From positions 576,001 through 640,000 of the forward strand of contig JAYFMW010000017.1 in the NCBI GenBank assembly GCA_042408215.1: 64,000 bases of DNA, given 5' to 3'. This document shows, piece by piece, positions 22,021 to 33,921 of the stretch. Position numbers and translations under genes: made by a program. Position 1 is the first letter of the stretch. The number at the start of each line of letters is the position of its first letter. The DNA is from Microcoleus sp. Its GTDB lineage: Bacteria; Cyanobacteriota; Cyanobacteriia; Cyanobacteriales; Microcoleaceae. The notes beneath the pieces were generated by a model. That model saw nothing but the letters and a program-made list of their open reading frames with translations, was not told the origin of the DNA and searched no databases.

Positions 22021-25000
22021 TTAGGAATTTGGCGGCGTTTGCGAGTTATTCTGTTCCAGAAGTTGATCTACCTTCTTCTGCAACTCCGCGAGTTGAACGA
22101 GTACCTTCCCAATACCCACATTTTCGTCACGAACATTGAACTGACGAACATCCCGACCAAAACCCATGAGTGCTGGACGTTCCACATAAGTAACACGGTG
22201 CAACACCCGCCAAGTTTTGTTAGGTTTACCTGCTTGAGCTTGACGCAAAGCTCGTGCTTCTTCATCATTGCTGGCTAACCATTCTGGGTCAACCACATAG
22301 TTAAAGAAATCTTGGAAGTGTTGGGTACTCGATTCGAGATAGAAACTCATAAACCGATAACGATCGACTTTTTCCCCGGGCATGATGGGGTTATCTTTGT
22401 AGTCCGTCACGCCTTTATTTTCCATCCCACTCAAGTCTATATTCAACTCGAAACCCTTACTACGAGTTTCTGTTTTACTCATAGTTTGAGTCATGTTAAC
22501 GGTAGCTTGGGCGGTTAGTTCTACAACCAGACCTCCCTCGTATTCAAATCCACCGCCTAACCCGGCACTCATGCTAAAAGAGCCACCAATTGTATGTTCC
22601 ACTGTATTGGCAAAGCTTTGAGCTTCAGTTCGCAGTCCACCATCAGCATCCCAGACGTAGGTATTGACAATGTTACGCTTGCCAGCTTTGATTTGGATGT
22701 TTTCCATCCGTTTCTGCCAGCCAGCAAAACTTTCTGTGGCGTGTACTTGTTTCTCTTGGTCGCTAATTTTACTTTTGATTTCCGCCTGTTTAGCCTTGGC
22801 GGCAGCACTTGTTTTCTCAGATTCAGCCTTACTTTCTGTTTGAAATTGTTCAACCTGTTGGCTTCGGGATGCAGATTGTTCCTCCGCAGTCATCTTGGTG
22901 CTGGGTTTGTCTTCTTCCCGTTGTACTCCAATGGTGCTGGGTGCATCACCACTATCAATGTTCCGGTTCAAAGAAGCTTCATCAATTGTACGCACATTAA
23001 AGTTAGAGAAGTAAGATTCCCGGCGCTTGTCCTCCGCTTCGATTTGGCGTTTGAGATTGTATGCTTCTTGCAAGCGATAGTAACTGGCGGGATAGAGAGA
23101 ACCGTACTGCGATCGCATTTCGGGAACGTGCTTGAAGAAGCGATCGCTGGTAGCACTGCTTCCGGTCATCCCATCCAAACTACCATTCATGGTGTAAGCC
23201 GGATTCATTAAGAAGGTGATGGTGTTGACATCAGGAGGAATACCATCCACAGGTTGAACTTGGTAGCCCACCATTTTACCACTGCGGGCAAGTCGGGTGA
23301 TAAATACATCTGCTATTGCCGAGACAACCAAAGCATAGCCGATATTTTTAGGAATAAATCGGTTGCCCAAATGGGGGAATTTAGGATCTTCTTCCGGCGT
23401 GCCGCGCAATTCCAGTTTATCCGTCATACTTAGGGAGGAACTAGAGGTGATACTGCTCTCATTCTGGAATTGGTAGCTAAAGTCCAAGTTGCCTTTGTAA
23501 AAAGCTTTAGCAGTTGTCTCTACTTCCGCGACAATTCCAGCAGAAACTGTTCCTCCCATACCACCTAATGCCTCAACCGTCGCACCTAAGCCAAAATCTT
23601 GCGATCGCGTCCAATTAAACTCCACATCTTCAGACATAACCAATTCTACGGAAGTTGCACCGTTATAATCGTCCGCTAAAGTGAGATTTTCACTCGGTAC
23701 AGGTGGAGGCCCTTCAATGTAACCGAGCAAAGTGGGAGCAAATTGGGCATTACCAATCCATTTGAGTTCTAAGGTTTCGATCCGCTTGTCCGGTAATAGG
23801 TTCACACCATTGAGAGCAGGAGCCGCAAACAACCGGCGCATCAGTGCCGTTTTTTGTCCCGTTGTTGGGTCTATGTTAATCGTGCTGTATTCTGCACTCA
23901 CCAAAGAACTGCCAATCACCATCAAGGGACTAGAATTATCTTGGGCGATCGCCGCTTCGGTGATGGTGCCATGATTAGTCCCAACCAAATCAAAGACTTT
24001 TTTGGTCGAGCCTTCAAATTTAATTTCATCTAAAGGCAAATAGATTGCCAAACCAGACTCTTTACCCGTCAGCCGTTGATTCAGATCGGTCTTAATTTCT
24101 GCTTCAGTACGCACTCGATTCCACAAACGGAATTCAGCCATTTGTCCGTCAAAATAGGCATCAGGCCAGTTACTCCGTCCGATGTAATTCAGCGTGCGGT
24201 TCACGCTATTGGGGAGTTGAGAAGTTCCCGACTGAATTAGCTGACCGTTCTTGTAAACTTTGCAACTACCAGAAGGCTCAACGGTGACGGCAATGTGCAT
24301 CCATTTTTGCAGTTCTAGGAAATTAGCAACTTCTACACCCAGAGAAGTTGTTCCCCGATAGACGTGGAATCCCAGTGTATTAGTCGTGCCTTTATTGGCT
24401 AAGAGAATGTTATCTGTACCAGCGCCAATCCCGAAATCGAAGATTCTCGACCAACTTTTCAAGCTGTTGTAACGCACCCAGACTTCTAGGCTAAATCCTT
24501 GGGAGTAATTAATGTTCATCGCCGGAAAGGTGATGTGATCGTTGACCCCATCAAACTTCATTACCTTATTAGCAGCCTTGTCCTGACTTCCAATGGATGC
24601 AGCACAAGCCCACCAAACGGGATTAGTCATCGTCCCTTGGTTGCCCTTACCCGTATGGTCACGGACTTCAGTGCCGGTGGCTTCATTCATAGGATAGTAA
24701 GCCAACAAACCGGATTCATTACCAGTAATCAGGGTTTTGCTATTAACTTCAACTTCCTCATTACTGAGGGCAACTCCCCAAATGCGAACTTCTACGACTT
24801 TGCCAAATTGCTCGCCTTGCATCACGGGGGTAAGTGCTAGGTTAGAAGTAACTTTCGTGGCATTCACTACAGTCCCAGAATTTCCACTCACCAGGTCTAA
24901 GACTTTTCCTGTTTCCACCAAATTCAGGGGAAAATAAGCAACTAAGTTCGCTTCTTTTCCTGTAAGTCGCTTATTCATATTCGCCTGAATTTCTGCCTGA

Positions 25001-28000
25001 GTCCGGGCTTTTTTCCAGATGCGGACTTCGGCCATTTGACCATTGGTAAACTCTGAACCACCGTTGTAACAGCCGATAAAAACACTGGCGTTCATCGCAG
25101 GTAGGGCGACGTTGGCACTGGTTTTCTGGGCGACAAGCACTCCGTCCAAATAGCTGACAAATCCGTTGGGAGTGTTCCGTTTCCAAGTCATCGCAATATG
25201 ATGCCAACTGCCATTGGTGGCATTAGCTCCCACGCTGATGCCTGTAGTACCCCCATCCACAGAAATAATATGTTGATTACTCCAGCCAGCAACAATATAG
25301 TTGCTTCCGTCTTGTTGTCTGACAGCCGATTGTAAACTGGTGCCCTTGAACCAGTATTCGATGGTGATTTCGTCACCAGTGGGCAGTTTAGCGACAGTCT
25401 GAATATAATCGCCGCTTCCATCAAAATTCATCACCCCATAGTCAACAGGCTGATTAGCACAGAGATGATTATTCCCGATCGCATAAACATCGTTAGAGAC
25501 TTTCAAGTTTGCTTTCTTGACATCTTCCACCTTTTGTTTGGCTGCCGCATCGGTGGGGTTAAGATTCAGACTCGCTTCGGCATCCTTTACGGCTTTCGCT
25601 TTAATATCACCCACTTGCTTCCCGTCAATGTAGAAGCGGGTGGTATCTCCTTCGCCTACGGCAGTGAGATGATGCCAGCCGGTCGATAACGACTCCATAT
25701 TGAAGCCACAATCGTAAAAGTATTGTTTCAGTGAATCATTAGTCAGGTAAATCCCTAACTTTTGATCGCGACTGACGATAATGTGACTATCTCCATTTTG
25801 TCCCCGGATCAGAGTATTCCATTGTGCTGTTTCTGGTAACGGATAGCAGAACCAAGCTTCAATACTCCAGTCCGTAGAAAGGTAAACTTGTTGACTCAAT
25901 TTAACAACACTATTAGCATTGCTAAAGTTTAAGCAGGCGCGTTGAGCATCGGGAATCCATTGCTCAAAAGCAGTATTACTACTGTCGGAAGTGGCATCAT
26001 AATTGGTTAGCCGCATCCGCCCTTGGCTGTCGAAATAACTCAGTTGTACGTTACCTTCGCAGGTTTCAATGGCATTCAAGCGACTGGCGGAATTCACAAA
26101 ACCAAGAAATGCCCCTTGGGTAATTAAACCCTTGTCATCTTTGGCAATTTGAGGCATCGCTTGGGGCGGGAGTTGGGTGCTTTTTACTCCATTAATGAAA
26201 TTAGTATTTAAGGTGTTCAACTCAGTCTGAATTGTGACTATTTCTGCTTTCACCACATCCAAACGACTTAAAAGTGCCGCCTTCTTCGCGGATTGATCTC
26301 CACTGGCTAATTGTAAGAGGCTCATTTCATTTTTAAGCTGGCTCAACATTTGTTGTGCGGTGGCCAACTGGCTCTTTTTGTTATTCCAAGCGGAGTAAGC
26401 GTTGGTAATGTTGTTATTGGTTTCTCCGCCAATGGGAATGAATTTTCCATGTTGATTTACCCCTCCGTGTTGGACCAAACACAAGTGCCATATTCGACTA
26501 CCACCGACGATCTAATACTTGCTGACTTTGCCGATGACGAATTAAATAATAGTCACCGGAAAATTTTTCAGGTTTCCACTCAAAGACATCGCCCGTAACA
26601 ACCACTAGGATATCCACAGGACTGGGAGAGCTGTACCGCCTCCGAAATTTCCCACAATACTTTGTTTCATCCTGACAGACAATCTGATAATACCCGTCAG
26701 TGGTTGCCACAAACTTGAAGTAATTATTCGAGTAGTAAGGATTGCCATTAGCCCCCACATCAGCATAAAGAAGTTCCGAGGTTTGGTATAAATACGAGCA
26801 ATCCAACCTCATTAACTCGGCACACCAGTTTACACCAGTAGTTTAATGGACTCTGTTTTTCGGCTTCATAAGTCGTTTGACATTGAGTTACTTCAGTTTG
26901 CAGGTTGTTAATGATTGTCTGTTGTTTGCTAATTTCAGTATTTTTAGCGGTTATGGCTGCTTGTTTGTCCGTGTCAGAAAGACTCAAACTAGCAATCTCT
27001 AGTTCTAGCTTCCGTTTTTCAATCAGTAGAAGTGCTTCCTGTTGCTCCTTCAATTCTATCTGCTTCAGGGCTACAGCTAACTGTGAATGATTGTCGGCTA
27101 AAGTTGCCAAAGTTACGCGATCGGTGTAATTAGCCTCCGTAATACTGTCAGACAACAAGCAAGTCAGATGTTTGCGAATTTCTAAAGTAGTCCAAGTGCC
27201 TTTAACATTACCAATCCCAAAAGAGCGCACTAAAGACACACCATCGGGTACATTAAAGCGGCATTTCGCTTTATACCATCCCCCACCAATATCGATAAAT
27301 TCGGTGGCATTTGCTGGAATATTCAGCCAATCTATAGCACTACGGTTGTTTTTGCCTTTATAGATGATCTGAAAAATCTTGCCACTCTGCCCATCGACAT
27401 TATTCGGATCGACAGCCGGATTCACTTTGAACTCAAATTCTTCTTCGTAGGTCGCATTTTCCGAGACGGCAAAGAGTTCTTCATTTTCGTATTTAATGGC
27501 TGGGGTAGTTGTACTATCAAGGTTGCGAGATAGAGTAGCTGCGCTCACATAAGCACCGCCATAAACTACGCCATCATTGCCATTCACTGAAAAATCGATG
27601 ACTTTTCGTTCTTTCCCTTCTTCAGCCACTGCACCGAGTCGCCAGTAACCCACTAAACCTAATTCTTTGCCAGTAAGTTGCAGATACATGGAATTTCTGA
27701 TCTGTTCTTCTTTACGGGCGACTTTCCAGAGACGAACATCGGCTATAGATCCTTTGAAGAAACTACTCGGAGGATTGGCAAATGCTCCAATGAAAATGTT
27801 GCGATCGGTGGTACTAACAAGAGGAACACTTGTTGCTGACTTGATTAGTTGACCATTCTTATAAAGTTTCATCGTTTGAGTGGAACTATCATAAGTCAGA
27901 GCAACATGAATCCAAGTATTTGCCGTGAGAGGAACTGTGTCTTGAACATAAGACCAATTACCATTATGTCCTGCTGATAGGATGCCATTAGGTAGGTAAA

Positions 28001-29711
28001 AAGCATGGCTACTATAACCAGAGATAATGTTGTTGTAAGGAGCCCCCGACTCCCATTTGATCCAAGCTTCTTTGGTGTAGGAATCAGCTAGAATACCACT
28101 TCCACAATCAACATAATCATTCACCCCATCAAACACCAAACCCCGCCGTTTCATCGATTCCAGTTTTAGATTAACTGCGGTTCCGGCTTGCCACTTAATA
28201 TCATCAAGGGTGAAGGTTTTATCGTCAATTTTCTTAACGGTGTAAGTCCCGTTATAATCTCTGGTGTCAAGAATCTGTAGAGATTCGCCATCATTTAACC
28301 CGTGATTTTTGGCGGTAATTTTGATGTTACTTGTGTCCGTGATTTCGTAAGCGGCGATCATACCGTTAAATACTAACCCGCTTTCCTCTTCTGGTATTAC
28401 TTCCCAGTTTCCTAATACGGTGGTAGGAGAGGCAATTTCAAAGCTATCATCATCAATTTTGGTGATGGACTGTTGAAAAATGTTGTAATTTTGCGTCCCA
28501 CTAAGCTTAACTTGGTTAGTGGTCTCAAGATTAGTATCAGTTGACGAAACGACATTGACGCCATCATCTTCTCCCTGTTGTAAGGCAGTAATTTGTCCTT
28601 GGGGAGGTGGGTTTGTTGTCCCGATCGCTTTAACGTTATCTAAGGTATTTAACGGCAGCAAGATTTGACGGATGGTATTACGCCAAATTTTTGAGGTGGG
28701 ATTCTCTGAAATTTGGGATAATATCCCATCACTGGCGATCGCGAAACTAAAGGCGGCAACATTACCGTTACTCGTGGGAATGGCTAACATAACTTTGGTA
28801 CTATCGCGCAGGAGTTGCATTCCGTCTTCGGTTTGCTTTTCCCGTTGAATGTCGTATTTAGTGGCGGTTAACCCGTTGACTACACTCACATTCCCTAAAT
28901 CTAAGGTGCGTTTGATAATCCCCGCAATGCTACGGGGAATCAGACTATCGTTAGATTCTTCAAAAATGGTGTAATCTTGAACATCAAACAGCCCTTCGTC
29001 AGAGACGCGCATTGTCGTCAATTCGACTTTCTGGGTTTGGCTATTGTAGGCAAAAATATGCCAGCGATAAACGTCATTTTCGATCGTGGGTACTAAGACA
29101 ACAGAAAACCACCCGTTTTGCAGGTTATGAATTAAACATAATTCTGTGGTGGGTTCGTGGAAAAAGTTACCGTTGGCATCGCGGAAGTCTAAGGAGTCAA
29201 TATTAGTGAGTCCAGTGGCTCCCTTCTTCATGTTTTTACTGGCTTCGTACTTCTGTTTACTGCGCTTAAACCGCACTTCCAGTTTCCGGTTGAGCTTATT
29301 GGTCATCCCATCTAACACAAAGCGATCGCACAGTAGGGTATTAGTTTTAGACTGACGGAAAACATAGATGTGACCCAAGGCCGAAACCAGTTGCACTGGT
29401 GCGATCGCCGTTTGGTCTAGGGTTTTGTAGCAAGAACGGAGAACAAAGCTGCTGGGATTGGTCGCATCAGTCAATTCTGCGGTTTCTTGGTCAATTACAG
29501 ACTGATCGTCAGCTTCATTCGGTAATTCTAACTGTTGCCAACCTTCCCAGCCTGTTCTTTGATCTGCGGGTGTGTTGAGGTAGCTGTCTTCAAAGCCGTC
29601 CTGTTTGACGGTGTACCAGATTTTACCATCGGCATCGGTAGCAATGACTACCACTTTGCCTTCGTGGGCAATGGTATTGATATGTTGGAGTTTTTCTTTT
29701 TGTAAGTACAT
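22021..29711 (-). CDS. Giant (~2500 aa) multi-LamG / ricin-B-like lectin / coiled-coil protein, copy A; apparent frameshifts at ~26430-26820
   Basis: ORFs 26760-29711, 26498-26812 and 22021-26484 join into a paralogue of copy B (MYL.KEKLQHINTI.HEGKVV... to ...KPNKTWRVLHRVTYVERP). Confidence 0.8.
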
Positions 29712-30186
29712 CGGGTTGCCTCTAAATTTAATAATCCCACAGCAAATTGAGCTGACACCACGCTGATGCAGTAGTTATCCAGCTTTCTCAAAAAAGTAGA
29801 CAAGCGAAATCCGATCGCATTTCTCGCCTTTAACTTGCATATTGGTGGAGACTGGTCAGGGATTATGGGTGATGAAAATCGGGAATCTTGACAGGGTAAA
29901 GATGCTCACCATCACCGACTAGCTATAACCAACTACCAGCCCCAAATTTGCAATTTATTAAGCACAACAGATTATGAAATTGGGATGCCTATCACAATTT
30001 CTTTTCGTTAAAGTCTGCGGTTACACAAGCAAAGCTTTTTTCCACAGGTTCAAGATGCACCTTATTTCTTGGTTGATTAACTTTGAAGTCTAAAAAAATC
30101 ATCATTCTTAAGATAGATTCTTTGTCTTCCTTGTGTCAAGGTATGTAATATATTGTTTTGTAACACAAGCGAACTCGACCTGGATC

Positions 30187-30325
30187 TGGGAAACCCAGAT
30201 GCAGCGACAACTAGGGCATTTGCTGTCAGATATGGGAGTACGCCGGCAGTCGGAAATGGATGAGTTGCGGAGACCGATCGATCGCTTGGAAGGCCCCGAT
30301 CGAGATTGGGAAAATACCCGGCGCA
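30187..30325 (+). pseudogene. C-terminal fragment of a cyanobacterial phasin-like protein
   Basis: WETQMQRQLGHLLSDMGVRRQSEMDELRRPIDRLE resembles the phasin-family C-terminus (DLGV.RQSE.DELRGRIDRLE); N-terminal part absent. Confidence 0.5.
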
Positions 30326-30615
30326 GCGCTGAGGTTGATTGGGTGGGGTTGACGATCGCCCCTCACATTCCCTCCATCCCCCGCAGATCAAACAATACTT
30401 ACAAGACTTACGCATGGGGGGCAAAAAACCCCGTTTCTGCCTGAATACTTATCGCAAAAGTGACTATTTTTGGAAGAAACCGGGTTTTTTGCGTAAGCCC
30501 TAACTTAATAAAAACTTGATAAAACTTACCATGTTGTCAAGTACAGGTTAGAGTTATCCTAGGAAATCCAGCAATCCTGCTACACTCAACATTCCGTCAC
30601 TTATCCAGTGGTTCG

Positions 30616-31746
30616 ATGACTCACACCTCTACCGCAACCAAAACCGCAACAGCAATATTCTCCTTGACAATTGCACCCGCCTGTGTATTGCGGGGCCAAA
30701 ATGCCCTAGGGCGATCGACAGATGCGATCGCCCGTCTCGGAAAACGCCCCCTAATCGTCGGCGGCAAAAACTCCCTCGTCGCCATCCAACCCTACCTACA
30801 AAATCAGCAGCTACAAGCCGCCCAAGCCACCTACGGCAAAGATTGTAGCGAAAATAGCCTCAAAACCCTCCACGAAGCCGCGATCGCCCACAAAGCCGAT
30901 TTCATCCTCGGAGTTGGTGGCGGCAAAGCCCTAGATGCAGCCAAACTCCTCGCCCATCAGTGCCTTCTCCCGATCGCCACAATTCCCACATCAGCAGCCA
31001 CCTGCGCCGCTTGGACAGCCCTTTCTAACATTTATTCAGAACAAGGTGCATTCCAATACGACGTCACATTAGCCAAATGTCCCGACTTGCTAATACTCGA
31101 CTACGGCTTGATTCAAACCGCACCACAGCGGACATTAGTTGCAGGAATTGGAGATGCGATCGCCAAATGGTACGAAGCATCAGTCAGCAGCGGACATTCC
31201 GAACAAACCCTGATCGTTTCCGCCGTTCAACAAGCTAGAATATTGCGAGATATCCTATTTCAAAAATCTGCGATCGCCCTCAAAGAACCCGGTAGCGAAA
31301 CCTGGCAAGAAGTCGTAGACGCTACCACCCTCCTAGCAGGAGTAATCGGCGGAATTGGCGGAGCCCAATGTCGCACAGTAGCCGCCCACGCCGTCCACAA
31401 CGGCCTAACTCATCTATTAGCAAGTCACGGCACTTTACACGGCGAAAAAGTCGCCTACGGCATTTTAGTGCAACTGCGATTAGAAGAAATGTTGCAAAAC
31501 AATCAACTGGCGGCCACAGCCAGACAACAACTATTAAAATTCTACGGCGAGATTGGATTACCCCAAACTTTAGCCAATCTAGGACTCGGAGACATTACCC
31601 TAACAGAATTGCAGCGCGCCGCCGAAATAGCTTGCAATCCCAATTCCGACATCCACAGACTGCCATTTAAAGTCGTTCCCGAACAATTAATGGCCGCGAT
31701 GGTTTCTACGACTGCACCTGTGGGAGAATTAAAAGTTAAGAATTAA
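30616..31746 (+). CDS. gldA: Glycerol dehydrogenase-like iron-containing alcohol dehydrogenase
   Basis: GVGGGKALD, IPTSAATCA, AHAVHNGL, HGEKVAYG. Confidence 0.85.
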   Translation: MTHTSTATKTATAIFSLTIAPACVLRGQNALGRSTDAIARLGKRPLIVGGKNSLVAIQPYLQNQQLQAAQATYGKDCSENSLKTLHEAAIAHKADFILGVGGGKALDAAKLLAHQCLLPIATIPTSAATCAAWTALSNIYSEQGAFQYDVTLAKCPDLLILDYGLIQTAPQRTLVAGIGDAIAKWYEASVSSGHSEQTLIVSAVQQARILRDILFQKSAIALKEPGSETWQEVVDATTLLAGVIGGIGGAQCRTVAAHAVHNGLTHLLASHGTLHGEKVAYGILVQLRLEEMLQNNQLAATARQQLLKFYGEIGLPQTLANLGLGDITLTELQRAAEIACNPNSDIHRLPFKVVPEQLMAAMVSTTAPVGELKVKN

Positions 31747-31922
31747 CACCGTTCTTAGTCAGGACTTTAGTCCTTGATGAAGTTGATTTTTCAGGACGGT
31801 CGTCCTGACTACAAACCGGGAAAAATAACAACTGTTTGTAGCAAAGACTTTAGTCCTTGATGAAGTAAACTTTTAAGGAGTGAAGTTTTTGCTACAAACA
31901 ACTAACAACTGATAACAAACTA

Positions 31923-33104
31923 ATGACCTTGGATTGGATTACCACTGCTGACAGGTTGCAAACACTACCGCCCTATGTATTTGCCCGTCTCGACGAACTC
32001 AAAGCCCGCGCCCGCGAACAAGGACTAGACCTGATAGACTTGGGAATGGGAAACCCAGATGGTGCGACTCCTCAACCAGTAGTAGAAGCCGCCGTCGCAG
32101 CCATCCAAAATCCCGCAAATCATGGCTATCCACCCTTTGAAGGAACTGCCAGTTTTCGTCGCACAATTACCAAATGGTACAGCCGCCACTACAACGTTGA
32201 ACTAGATCCAGAAAGCGAAGCATTGCCTTTATTGGGTTCTAAAGAAGGTTTAGCACATTTTGCGATCGCCTATATCAATCCAGGCGACGTCATATTAGTA
32301 CCAAGTCCCGCTTATCCCGTATTATTTCGCGGCCCGATTATCGCCGGTGCAAAAGTTCACAACATCATCCTCAAACCGGAAAACGACTGGGTAATTGACT
32401 TAGGGACTATTCCCGACAGCGTAGCCGAAAAAGCCAAAATATTCTACTTCAATTATCCCAGCAATCCCACTGGAGCAACAGCACCCCGCGAATTTTTCAA
32501 AGATATTGTGGCCTTCGCGCACAAACATCAAATCTTGCTAGTTCACGACTTGTGTTATGCCGAATTAGCCTTTGATGGCTATCAACCAACAAGTTTATTA
32601 GAAATTCCCGGCGGTAAAGAAATCGGCATCGAATTTCATACTATGTCAAAAACCTATAATATGGCTGGCTGGCGAGTCGGTTTTGTAGTAGGAAATAGCA
32701 AGATTATCCAAGGTTTGCGGACTTTAAAAACTAACCTAGATTACGGTATATTTGCCGCCTTGCAAACAGCGGCGGAAACAGCACTACAATTGCCGGATAG
32801 TTACTTGCAAGAAGTGCAGAATCGTTACAGAACTCGCCGGGATTTTATGGTTGAAGGATTGGCAGAATTAGGGTGGAATATTCCTAAACCTCTGGCTGCA
32901 ATGTATCTTTGGGTGCCCTGTACTCGCGGCATGAGTTCGACTGATTTTGCCCTGAATGTTTTGCAGCAAACTGGTGTTGTGGTGACTCCTGGCAATGCTT
33001 TTGGGCCTGGTGGTGAAGGATATGTGAGAATTAGTTTGATTGCAGATTGCGATCGGCTGGGAGAAGCTCTGCGGCGCTTGAAACAAGCTAATATTCGATA
33101 TTAG
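31923..33104 (+). CDS. Class I PLP aminotransferase (aspartate / LL-diaminopimelate aminotransferase family)
   Basis: DLGMGNPD, NYPSNPTG, HDLCY, SKTYNMAGWRVG (PLP Lys). Confidence 0.9.
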   Translation: MTLDWITTADRLQTLPPYVFARLDELKARAREQGLDLIDLGMGNPDGATPQPVVEAAVAAIQNPANHGYPPFEGTASFRRTITKWYSRHYNVELDPESEALPLLGSKEGLAHFAIAYINPGDVILVPSPAYPVLFRGPIIAGAKVHNIILKPENDWVIDLGTIPDSVAEKAKIFYFNYPSNPTGATAPREFFKDIVAFAHKHQILLVHDLCYAELAFDGYQPTSLLEIPGGKEIGIEFHTMSKTYNMAGWRVGFVVGNSKIIQGLRTLKTNLDYGIFAALQTAAETALQLPDSYLQEVQNRYRTRRDFMVEGLAELGWNIPKPLAAMYLWVPCTRGMSSTDFALNVLQQTGVVVTPGNAFGPGGEGYVRISLIADCDRLGEALRRLKQANIRY

Positions 33105-33197
33105 TTATTGGGAATTGGGAATTGGGCGAAGCGAATCGGAGGGATGGGGAATGGGGCATGGGGCATTGAATTTTAAGTACAATGTTGACGCAATTGA

Positions 33198-33578
33198 CTA
33201 ATTAATTAAATTCAACCTATCCTCATAACCCAGCATTATCTTCTGCAAGGTGTTCTGCAACTTCTTAAATTCTGAATCATTTACAGAAAAAGCAATTCTT
33301 GCCTCATCACAATCTTTATGAGCGTTGGGTCTTGAAGGATCAAAATGAACAATTAATTGCTCGCGGTTTAAAGTAACTTCTTTAATTCCTCCATATTCTC
33401 CCCAAGACCGATCGTCTATCTCCCAGTAAACACTCCCTACGTTGGGAAGAGCATCTTCTTTATGAAATTCATGTCTTTGCATAACAAAATAATGTTCGTT
33501 ATCCTCCCCGGACGAAAAACCAATATAAAATGACTCTTCAATTCCCACAAGTTTTGCAAAAAGTTCAAACACCATCAT
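33198..33578 (-). CDS. Imm10-like polymorphic-toxin immunity protein (orphan)
   Basis: Pattern YF.MQR...VYWEIDD...G.YGGIKEVTL.R..L...I.F...D.EF..L...L..I..GY recognised as Imm10-like; AT-rich. Confidence 0.6.
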   Translation of the reverse strand: MMVFELFAKLVGIEESFYIGFSSGEDNEHYFVMQRHEFHKEDALPNVGSVYWEIDDRSWGEYGGIKEVTLNREQLIVHFDPSRPNAHKDCDEARIAFSVNDSEFKKLQNTLQKIMLGYEDRLNLIN

Positions 33579-33850
33579 AAACTTAATCCACTTGTTTTGG
33601 TGAGCTATTTTAACCGGAACTTCCCCTGCTACGCTCTTAACTTTCCTCTGAAACCATTTATAGCGGTTCTCAAGAAAGTCAAGTAAGTAGGTGCGAATAA
33701 ACCAGTTCACATAAAAGAATGTAAAGCGACCCTAATCCCTGCGTTGGCGAAGCCTGCCCGAAGGGCTTATGCTTCGCTTGACTTCGTTTCGCTCGCAATG
33801 ACATACTTGTGTGTTTTCAGACTCATCTACTCACGTAGGCAAGTCCCATA

Positions 33851-33905
33851 CCCTATGCCCTATGCCCTATGCCCTATGCCCTATGCCCTATGCCCAATGC
33901 CCAAT
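33851..33905. repeat. STRR heptamer (CCCTATG)n
   Basis: Direct reading. Confidence 0.9.
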
Positions 33906-33921
33906 GTCCAATTCCCAATAA

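Noticed and set aside
6293..29711. tRNA-anchored genomic island or prophage containing the giant genes
   Set aside because: No integrase, no duplicated tRNA 3' end and no phage structural genes seen; HIP1 sites are present in the giant genes.
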